Shown here: piece after piece, positions 1 through 6,782 of the stretch
How positions within the stretch are numbered: position 1 is the stretch's first letter
Layout of the letters: every line of letters starts with the position of its first letter
Origin: Edaphobacter aggregans
Lineage (GTDB): Bacteria; Acidobacteriota; Terriglobia; Terriglobales; Acidobacteriaceae
Assembly: GCF_003945235.1 (NCBI RefSeq)
Contig: NZ_RSDW01000001.1
Span: 600,001-632,000 of the forward strand
Direction: 5' to 3'
DNA length: 32,000 bases
Notes under the pieces: generated by a model
Database searches by the model: none
What the model saw: the letters and a program-made list of their open reading frames with translations, nothing else
What the model was told of the DNA's origin: nothing
Translations under genes and position numbers: made by a program

Positions 1-218
1 GGCTGCCTTCGCGATTGGTTTCTTTGGGTACCGATGGTTTTGGACGAAGCGACAATCGTGAACATTTGCGACGACACTTTGAGGTAAATGCCGAGTCGAT
101 TGTGGGCGCTACTTTGTCAAAGCTGGCTCGCGAGGGCAAGTTCAAGCCAAAGGCGGCTCAGAAGGCTTTGGCCGAACTGGGATTGGATATTGAAGCTGCT
201 GATCCCGCTCGCGCTTAG
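1..218 (+). CDS. aceE: Pyruvate dehydrogenase E1 component, homodimeric AceE type; C-terminal end only (5' part lies left of the window)
   Basis: The frame is open from the window edge. The tail ...LGTDGFGRSDNREHLRRHFEVNAESIV...ELGLD matches the conserved AceE C-terminus (LGTDGFGRSD.R..LR..FEV). A strong terminator follows directly. Confidence 0.85.
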   Translation, partial: LPSRLVSLGTDGFGRSDNREHLRRHFEVNAESIVGATLSKLAREGKFKPKAAQKALAELGLDIEAADPARA

Positions 219-238
219 TCTGCAGTTGTTCTTGAAAT

Positions 239-274
239 AAGTAGAGGGTTCCTTCTGGAACCCTCTACTTTTGC
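239..274 (+). terminator. Rho-independent terminator of aceE
   Basis: Perfect 12-13 bp stem (A)GTAGAGGGTTCC / GGAACCCTCTAC(T) at 241-252 / 257-268, loop TTCT, then TTTTG. Confidence 0.8.
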
Positions 275-296
275 TCCTGTAGCTTGTGAAGTCTTT

Positions 297-1148
297 ATGG
301 AGGGTTGTTTGAGCGAGACTGTGCCGCATGAAAATCCATTAGTAAACAACAAAAAATTGCGCGAGATGTTTGTGGCTATGGTCGAGGCACGTGCTCTTGA
401 TGAGCATGTTTCCAGATCGCAGCGAAGGAGGAAGACACGCCTTCGGCTTGATTCGATCCACGGTCAAGAGGCTTGCCGTGTCAGCACGGCAATTGACCTG
501 GGACAGGGCGATCTGGTGAGTGATTCGCAGGTTGGCGTGGCGATGGGGCTGATTCTTGGAGTAGATCCCGGTTTCCTGCTGAAGCGGTTAGCCGCGAGTG
601 ACTCGGATACCAAGGCGCACGGTAGCGTCTCCGAGAAGCAGCTTCCCTGGATCGAGGATGTTGAGGATCGGCTACGTATAGCGATGGGTGCGGCGCTCGC
701 GTTCAAGACATTGAAGCGCGCAAACATCGTGGTGGCTTATGTACAGGGTCGCGAGGCTACCGGCGGTGTCTGGAGACGAACGCTTACGCTGGCGGCGAAG
801 CTGGATTTGCCGATGATCTTTGTCATTCTTCCGGAGGGAGAAGGCAAAAGCAAAAATATCAGCCGAAAAGCGCGGTCGTGCGGAATACCGGGGATACCGG
901 TGGACGCGAATGATGCCGTGGCCCTTTATCGCGTGACACAGGAGTCGGTCGGACGGACTCGCGGTGGCGACGGACCGGTGGTCATTGAGTGCGTCATCTA
1001 TCGACTGAAGGGCAAGCAACGTATTCCTGCGCCTGATCCTATCGCACAGATGAAAGAGTTTCTGCTCGCCCGAAAGGTGAGCGACCAAGCCTGGATGGCT
1101 CGGGTGGAAGAATCATTTCGTAAACGCCTTGCGACACAAAAGTTGTAG
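297..1148 (+). CDS. 2-oxoacid dehydrogenase E1 alpha-subunit-like protein (TPP-enzyme fold) with a degenerate cofactor motif
   Basis: 283-aa ORF. By eye it is collinear with E1-alpha proteins (HGQEA, LPMIFV, GIPGIPVDANDAVALY, GPVVIECVIYR, DPI). The GDG...NN TPP/Mg motif position reads QGR...LPE. Confidence 0.7.
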   Translation: MEGCLSETVPHENPLVNNKKLREMFVAMVEARALDEHVSRSQRRRKTRLRLDSIHGQEACRVSTAIDLGQGDLVSDSQVGVAMGLILGVDPGFLLKRLAASDSDTKAHGSVSEKQLPWIEDVEDRLRIAMGAALAFKTLKRANIVVAYVQGREATGGVWRRTLTLAAKLDLPMIFVILPEGEGKSKNISRKARSCGIPGIPVDANDAVALYRVTQESVGRTRGGDGPVVIECVIYRLKGKQRIPAPDPIAQMKEFLLARKVSDQAWMARVEESFRKRLATQKL

Positions 1149-1230
1149 GTGATGCCACTGATGATGTGGCATCAGCTGAAAGAATGCGACCTACACTGAA
1201 ACAGGTGTTGTAGACCTGTTTGAGGTGTAA

Positions 1231-3120
1231 GTGCGGACTAGGGCTTTTTTCTCCTTTGCTGGTCTGATGGTTTGTGCGGCTGTAACTTTCCGGGGGCAGG
1301 GTCTTACGACTTCCGGCTTGCTGCCAGCCTCCTCTGATGAACAGAGCAGGGCTCTCCATGCGTGGCCGATCTATGCGCTGTCATCGTACACACTGTCTTC
1401 GACGCGATCTCAAGTTGTCCTGCCTTCCTCGATTGCGGCTCGACCTGTGCCAACGGTGGAGCATACCTATCCGTCTGTTACTCCTTATGGGCCGATCGAT
1501 GATCGGAGGAGCCCCGATCACGATGGATCGGCATACATACCGGTGGACAGCTGGGTGTATCCGGCGATGACGCGGCTGTACTCGATGGGTTACCTCGACA
1601 GCATGTTTCTCGGTATGCGGCCGTGGACGCGCCGAAGCGCATTGCATATGTTGCAGCGGTCGCAGTATGCGATTGCGGCGAGCGATAACCTCGAGGCGCA
1701 GGAGATTCTGGACAAGCTTCTGCGTGAACTTCGTCTCGAGCTTCCCGATCCACGCGGTACTGTATACGGGGTGGAGTCGGGTTATGCGCGCTTGATGGGC
1801 ATCGGCGGGCCGACGCTGCGGGACAGTTATCACCTGGGCCAGACGATCAGCAATGACTATGGACGGCCTTACCAGAGCGGGTTCAACAGTGTTATGGGCT
1901 ACTCGACACTGAACGAATCGGGCCGGTTTTCGCTGTATGTGCGCGGGGAATATCAGCACGCTCCGGCCGGGAGCGGATACTCTCAGGCACTGGCGTCGCA
2001 GCTATCGCTACTCGAGATGATCACCTACGCTCCGCCGAATGCGCCACAGACAACGATTCCTGCTGGCCCGATAGCGGAACAAAACCAATTCCACCTGATC
2101 GAGGCGACCGCTTCGTTCCATCTGCTGGGCCATGAGATATCGGGAGGCAAACAGGATGCGTGGCTTGGACCCGCGTCGGGCGGAGCAATGGCGTGGTCGA
2201 ACAACGCGGAGAATATTTATTCGTTCCGAATCAACCGCGTGGAACCGCTGAATATCTTTCTCGTATCCAAGTTACTTGGCCCTCTGCGGTATGACTTTTT
2301 TATCGGGAGTCTCAAGGGGCATAGCGCGCCGAACGATCCGTGGGTGCATGCCGACATGTTCTCTTTCCGACCGACGGTAAACTTCGAGTTTGGATTTGAA
2401 AGAACGATTATCTGGGGCGGCAAGGGACATGAGCCGGTGACGCTGCATACGTTTTTCAAGGGCTTTTTCGATCCCAACGATACGACTGCGGAGGAGAAGT
2501 TTTCACGCGATGATCCGGGAGCGCGCTACAGCGTCTTCAACTTCTCGTACAGACTTCCATTTGTGCGGAAGTATGCGACTTTGTATATCGACTCGATCGC
2601 ACATGATGACGTCACTCCGGTCAGCGCTCCTCGACGCGCTGCCTACAGAACCGGACTTTATCTTTCACAGATTCCGAAGCTGCGCAGGCTTGATTTCAGG
2701 GCTGAAGCTGTCACTACCGATCCCGGCGTGGCACGAAGCCACAGCGGCACGTTCAATTACTTCGAGGTTGTTCAGTTACAGGGATACACGAACAACGGAA
2801 CCATCATGGGTGACTGGATCGGGCGTGAGGCGAAGGGTGGACAGGCGTGGCTTACCTATCACCTGTCCGGCAACGAGTGGATCCAGCTTGCATATCTGAA
2901 TAAGAAGACTCCGAAGGACTTCATTCCTGGCGGCACGACTCAGAATCAGTTCACGGCAAGTGTGATGAAACGGTTCGGCAAGGACGTGGAGATGAAGAGT
3001 TGGGTACAGTATGAGGGCTGGAAGGCTCCCATCTACAAAACCGGGCTGCAGAAGAACGTTATCAGTGCGGTCCAATTCACCTGGTATCCGCAGTTGCGCA
3101 GTACCTCGGAGCGGCCCTGA
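1231..3120 (+). CDS. wzi: Capsule assembly outer-membrane protein, Wzi family
   Basis: GTG start with GAGG 5-6 nt upstream and a signal-peptide-like N-terminus (MRTRAFFSFAGLMVCAAVTF). Blocks resemble E. coli K30 Wzi: DSWVYPAMTRLYSMGYL...RPWTR, WLGPASGG, and FGFERTIIWGGKGHEP (compare ASRIMQWGGEGRPE). The end is aromatic-rich, as in beta-barrels. Confidence 0.75.
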   Translation: MRTRAFFSFAGLMVCAAVTFRGQGLTTSGLLPASSDEQSRALHAWPIYALSSYTLSSTRSQVVLPSSIAARPVPTVEHTYPSVTPYGPIDDRRSPDHDGSAYIPVDSWVYPAMTRLYSMGYLDSMFLGMRPWTRRSALHMLQRSQYAIAASDNLEAQEILDKLLRELRLELPDPRGTVYGVESGYARLMGIGGPTLRDSYHLGQTISNDYGRPYQSGFNSVMGYSTLNESGRFSLYVRGEYQHAPAGSGYSQALASQLSLLEMITYAPPNAPQTTIPAGPIAEQNQFHLIEATASFHLLGHEISGGKQDAWLGPASGGAMAWSNNAENIYSFRINRVEPLNIFLVSKLLGPLRYDFFIGSLKGHSAPNDPWVHADMFSFRPTVNFEFGFERTIIWGGKGHEPVTLHTFFKGFFDPNDTTAEEKFSRDDPGARYSVFNFSYRLPFVRKYATLYIDSIAHDDVTPVSAPRRAAYRTGLYLSQIPKLRRLDFRAEAVTTDPGVARSHSGTFNYFEVVQLQGYTNNGTIMGDWIGREAKGGQAWLTYHLSGNEWIQLAYLNKKTPKDFIPGGTTQNQFTASVMKRFGKDVEMKSWVQYEGWKAPIYKTGLQKNVISAVQFTWYPQLRSTSERP

Positions 3121-3669
3121 GTCTTCTTCGGTGGCTTGTAGGGTGGGGAAGATTTCGGGTTTGGTTTCGGGTTGGGGTTCTTGGGTGGGTTTGTCTTGGG
3201 CGAACTGGTCGAGGAGTTGGCGCATGATGCTCTTGGGGCGGCCTGTGGCGGTGTCCTGGTCGTACTCGGATTGAGGGGCGAGTAGGCCTTGCTCGGGGTC
3301 GGTGGTGATGTCTTCGATGGAGGTGGATGGGGCTTCGTCTCGGGTGTTGCGTGATGGCTTGGTTTGGCGGGGTAGGTTGGTGCTGGCGATTTGCAGGCCG
3401 TAGAGGAGGAGGCCGGCGCGGCGAGGGTCGATTTCGTTGCGGGCGATGCGGCGGAGGACTTCGCCGATGGAGAGTTGGATGGCGGCGCGGTCTTCGGGCA
3501 TGGGCAGATCGAAGAGGGCGGTGCGGGCTGGGCGCTGGCGTGGGTCTTGCACGGGGCGGCGGGTGGTGTGGTGGTAGTAGCAGAAGTCTTCTCCGCGCAG
3601 GCATGGGCTGCCGCAGCGGTGGCCGTCGGTGAAGATGTGGCGGCATTGGTAGCGTTTTGGTTCGGTCAT
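2776..3669 (-). CDS. Hypothetical protein with an N-terminal Cys/His cluster (zinc-ribbon-like) and a long low-complexity tail
   Basis: ATG at 3669 is preceded by CAGGAGGGAG, a good SD; the upstream in-frame ATG at 3705 has none. The N-terminus reads MTEPKRYQCRHIFTDGHRCGSPCLRGEDFCYYHH, followed by a helical block IQLSIGEVLRRIARNEIDPRRAGLLLYGLQIASTNL. The first in-frame stop is at 2776, inside wzi. Confidence 0.6.
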   Translation of the reverse strand: MTEPKRYQCRHIFTDGHRCGSPCLRGEDFCYYHHTTRRPVQDPRQRPARTALFDLPMPEDRAAIQLSIGEVLRRIARNEIDPRRAGLLLYGLQIASTNLPRQTKPSRNTRDEAPSTSIEDITTDPEQGLLAPQSEYDQDTATGRPKSIMRQLLDQFAQDKPTQEPQPETKPEIFPTLQATEEDSGPLRGTAQLRIPGELDRTDNVLLQPGFVDGSLPALILYPTLHLHVLAEPFHHTCRELILSRAARNEVLRSLLIQICKLDPLVAGQVIGKPRLSTLRLTPDPVTHDGSVVRVSL

Positions 3670-3765
3670 GATGGGTACTCCCTCCTGGGGGACGTAAGGT
3701 CTCAAAGTCTTCGAAATAAATGGTTTATGTCTGGACTTCTGGTTTTTTGTCTGTGGGTTAAATGC

Positions 3766-3800
3766 AAAGAGCCCCCGGCTTTCGCCTGAGGGCTCTTTTT
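3766..3800. terminator. Extended hairpin with U-runs on both strands; likely the minus-strand terminator ending the uxs 3' region
   Basis: AAAGAGCCC (3766-3774) pairs with GGGCTCTTT (3790-3798), with an inner GGC/GCC pair. The plus strand continues TTTTT. The minus strand continues TTTGCATTT. Confidence 0.45.
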
Positions 3801-3899
3801 GTGTCTGGTTCTATTTTAGCGGGTGGAGGGGAATGATTCGGCACGGGGATGTGCTTTGGAATGTGGGAGATAAGTGGGTCTGGGGGTTGACAAGAGTTT

Positions 3900-4160
3900 G
3901 GAAGGCATACTCCAGGGGCTAAAGCCCCTTTTTCTTGCTCGAGGAGAGAGACCCAAGGCTGAAGCCTTGGGGTACCTCGATGCAACTGCAACTGCAAATG
4001 CAACGGCAGAAGCGAAATACTGGGATTCTTCGCTGCGCTCAGAATGACGAGCAAGACAACTACAACGGCAACAGCAACAGCAGATCCCCTTCGGGGATGA
4101 CAAACAAGAACTGCCACTGCACTGGACCGCAACAGCGACTGTAGGGTACTGCTACAGCAA
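3900..4160. repeat. Mosaic array of short GC hairpins and hexamer-periodic tracts (REP/MITE-like intergenic element)
   Basis: Hairpins: AGGGGC-TAAA-GCCCCT (3914-3929), CCCAAGGC-TGAA-GCCTTGGG (3952-3971), ATTCT-N11-AGAAT (4025-4045), ATCCCC-TTC-GGGGAT (4084-4098), CTGTAG-N7-CTACAG (4139-4157). Periodic tracts: GCAACT GCAACT GCAAAT GCAACG (3981-4004) and NNCAAC x4 (about 4055-4080). The only ORFs here are composition-driven. Confidence 0.6.
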
Positions 4161-4183
4161 AGGCTGAGGCATCTGCGATGGGG

Positions 4184-5122
4184 TTATGCGGTGCAGTCTT
4201 TGAAGTATTGAAGGGATTTTTCGAGGCCCTGGCGGAGGGTGATCTTTGGCTCCCAACCGAGGAGGTTTCTAGCTTTGGTGATGTCGGGACGGCGACGGGT
4301 GGGATCGTCCTGGGGGAGAGGTTTGCGCTCGATCGAGGACTTGGAGCCTGTGACGGACAGGATCTCGTTGGCGCACTCGAGGATCGTCCACTCGACGGGG
4401 TTTCCTATGTTGACGGGCAGATGCTCGGAGGAGCGGGAGAGGCGGACGATACCTTCGATTAGGTCTGACACGTAACAGAAGCTGCGGGTTTGGGAGCCGT
4501 CACCGTAGATGGTGAGTGGTTCGCCGCGGAGGGCCTGGATCATGAAATTGGAGATGACGCGGCCGTCATTGGCCTGCAGACGCGGGCCATAGGTGTTGAA
4601 GATGCGGACAAGATGCGTGTCGACGCCGTAGTAGTGGTGATAGGCGGTAACGGCGGACTCGGAGAAACGCTTGGCCTCGTCGTAGACAGAGCGCGGGCCG
4701 ATGGGGTTGACGTGGCCCCAGTAGGTTTCGACCTGGGGGTGGACTTCGGGATCGCCGTAGCACTCGGAGGTGGAGGCGTGGAGATAGCCGGCGTTGTATT
4801 TGCGAGCGAGATCAAGGGTGTTGATGGTCCCGGCGGAGCCAACGAGGAGGGTTTCGACGCCGAGACGGGTGTAGTCGACTGGGCTGGCGGGGGAGGCGAA
4901 GTTGAAGATGTAATCGACGGGACCAGGATCGAAGGGCTTGCAGATGTCCTGCTCGATGAGGCTGAAGCTGGGCTCGTTAGCGAGGTGGGCGAGATTGGCG
5001 TGGTTTCCGGTCGAGAGGTTGTCGAGGCCAACGACGGTGTGGCCTTCGGCGAGCAGAGTGTCACAAAGGTGAGAGCCTAGAAAGCCTGCGGCTCCGGTGA
5101 CAAGAATCTTCTGAGACTTCAT
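4184..5122 (-). CDS. uxs: UDP-glucuronate decarboxylase (UDP-xylose synthase), extended SDR
   Basis: [10 protein letters not shown] Rossmann motif, a YDEAKR catalytic motif, and [30 protein letters not shown], which is typical of UXS. Confidence 0.85.
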   Translation of the reverse strand: MKSQKILVTGAAGFLGSHLCDTLLAEGHTVVGLDNLSTGNHANLAHLANEPSFSLIEQDICKPFDPGPVDYIFNFASPASPVDYTRLGVETLLVGSAGTINTLDLARKYNAGYLHASTSECYGDPEVHPQVETYWGHVNPIGPRSVYDEAKRFSESAVTAYHHYYGVDTHLVRIFNTYGPRLQANDGRVISNFMIQALRGEPLTIYGDGSQTRSFCYVSDLIEGIVRLSRSSEHLPVNIGNPVEWTILECANEILSVTGSKSSIERKPLPQDDPTRRRPDITKARNLLGWEPKITLRQGLEKSLQYFKDCTA

Positions 5123-5220
5123 TCGCTACCTTTCAAGAGAGCAATTCCCGGTCACTTCATTTGAACCCTCACGGAGAGGCGCGGACAAGAAGCGTCTCCG
5201 GTGACCGTGGAGGATCGAGT

Positions 5221-6633
5221 CTAGTTGTGCGACGAAGCCGATAGCTCACGCACCGGATGGGCTGTGGGGCGACCTACGCTGAGATAGGTAAAGCCGTTTT
5301 CAGTCATGACGGCAGGATCATACATATTGCGGCCATCAATGATGATGGGATAACGGAGGGCCTGATTAAGGCGCTGGAGGTCGAGCGCGGCGAACTCAGA
5401 CCAATCGGTGAGGATGAGCAGCGCGTCGGCGTCGGCCGCGGCGGCGTAAGCATCATCGACATATTTGAGATTTGGGCCAGCGGGGAGGATCTCTTCGGTG
5501 CGCTGGATGGCGGCCGGATCGAAGGCGGTAATGGAGCAGCCCTCGCCGAGGAACATTCGGACGAGTTCGATGGCAGGAGATTCGCGGATGTCGTCGGTCT
5601 CACCCTTGAAGGCCAGGCCGAGGACGCCAAGCCGTTTGCCGCGCAGAGTCCACAGGGCGGAGCGAACTTTGCTGAGGAAGCGGCGCTTCTGTTGGACGTT
5701 GATTTTCTCGACTTCGGTAAGGAGGCTGAAGTCGATGCCTAGCTGCTCGGCGACGGAGCGGAACGCGGCGACGTCTTTGGGGAAGCAGGAGCCTCCGTAA
5801 CCGATGCCGGGGCGCAGGAAGCGGGGGCCGATGCGGCTATCGAGGCCCATGCCACGGGCGACCTGCTCGACGTTAGCGTTGGTGGCTTCGCAGAGGTTGG
5901 AGACGGCGTTGATGAACGAGATCTTGAGGGCGAGGAAGGCGTTGGAGGCGTGCTTGATGATCTCGGCGCTCTTTGTGGAAGTGAGCAGAAAGGGTGGGGG
6001 CTGCGAGACGCTGCAGACACCGGGGATACCGCTGGTGCGCTCGTAGTACTCGCCGCTGGTGAGGGGAGCGTAGATGGCGTTGAGGACGGCGGCTGCACGT
6101 TCGCTGTCAGCGCCGACGACGATGCGGTCGGGATGGAGGAAGTCGCATACAGCGGTGCCTTCACGGAGGAACTCAGGGTTAGAGACGACGTCGAAGAGGT
6201 GCCGGGCGACGCCGTTGCGCTCGAGGGCGCGGCTGATCCACTCGTTGGTATAGACGGGAACGGTGCTCTTTTCGACGATGACCTTGTAGGTGTCGATGGA
6301 GCGGGCGATCTCGCAGGTGACGGCCTCCACGTAGGAGAGGTCCGCGTCACCTGTCTCGCTTTGCGGCGTGCCGACGGCGATGAAGATGGCCTGGCATTCG
6401 CGGGTGGCCTCGGCGAGGTCGGTGGTAAAGCGGACTTTGGTGTTGCGGTAGCGTTCGAGGAGCTCGGGGAGATGGTTCTCGTGGATGAGGGTATCGCCAC
6501 CGCGGAGAGCGGCGACCTTGCGCTCATCATTGTCGACGCAGATGACGTCGTGTCCCATCTCAGCGAAGCAGACGGCAGCGACCAGGCCAACATAGCCTGA
6601 TCCGACTACAGCGATAGGAATGTGTTTGCTCAT
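5221..6633 (-). CDS. ugd: UDP-glucose 6-dehydrogenase
   Basis: 470 aa. N-terminal VVGSGYVGLV NAD fold; GGSCFPKD catalytic-Cys motif; C-terminal UDP-binding domain. Confidence 0.9.
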   Translation of the reverse strand: MSKHIPIAVVGSGYVGLVAAVCFAEMGHDVICVDNDERKVAALRGGDTLIHENHLPELLERYRNTKVRFTTDLAEATRECQAIFIAVGTPQSETGDADLSYVEAVTCEIARSIDTYKVIVEKSTVPVYTNEWISRALERNGVARHLFDVVSNPEFLREGTAVCDFLHPDRIVVGADSERAAAVLNAIYAPLTSGEYYERTSGIPGVCSVSQPPPFLLTSTKSAEIIKHASNAFLALKISFINAVSNLCEATNANVEQVARGMGLDSRIGPRFLRPGIGYGGSCFPKDVAAFRSVAEQLGIDFSLLTEVEKINVQQKRRFLSKVRSALWTLRGKRLGVLGLAFKGETDDIRESPAIELVRMFLGEGCSITAFDPAAIQRTEEILPAGPNLKYVDDAYAAAADADALLILTDWSEFAALDLQRLNQALRYPIIIDGRNMYDPAVMTENGFTYLSVGRPTAHPVRELSASSHN

Positions 6634-6723
6634 AGGCGAGTGTCGATGTCCTCACGGTCAGAATAGCTGAAGATTGGTTGAATTCTGCTTAATTAGGACG
6701 CAAATTGGAGGCCATAGGGGTGC

Positions 6724-6768
6724 CTTGACACTAACGGGGGATATTCTTCCCGGTATAAAGGTGTCAAG
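6724..6768. promoter_or_regulatory. 8-bp perfect inverted repeat in the ugd/wzc divergent control region
   Basis: CTTGACAC (6724-6731) and GTGTCAAG (6761-6768) flank 29 nt that contain CGGG/CCCG and TATAAA. The left arm contains TTGACA. The repeat lies 15 nt upstream of the wzc ATG. Confidence 0.35.
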
Positions 6769-6782
6769 TTAGACTAAAGCCA

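Noticed and set aside
3077-3646. 189-aa Pro/Arg/His-rich minus ORF, plus the plus-strand ORFs at 3327-3632 and 3391-3789
   Set aside because: These are alternative frames or the antisense of the Cys/His-cluster gene. Their extreme composition bias (P/R or G/A/R) is typical of off-frame translation of GC-rich DNA. None has an SD-start context as good as the ATG at 3669.
3758-4144. Small ORFs (124, 95 and 69 aa) across the repeat array, and the idea that the periodic tracts are a CRISPR array
   Set aside because: The ORFs are driven by the repeats (poly-Cys/Gln/Asn strings) and lack start context. The periodic units are 6-nt micro-repeats, not repeats of 20 nt or more separated by unique spacers. 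No cas genes are present.
5739-6593. 284-aa S/P/T/A-rich ORF in another frame of ugd, plus similar ORFs at 4540-5064 and 4490-5080 within uxs
   Set aside because: These are off-frame products of genes whose annotated frames carry unambiguous Ugd and UXS motifs.
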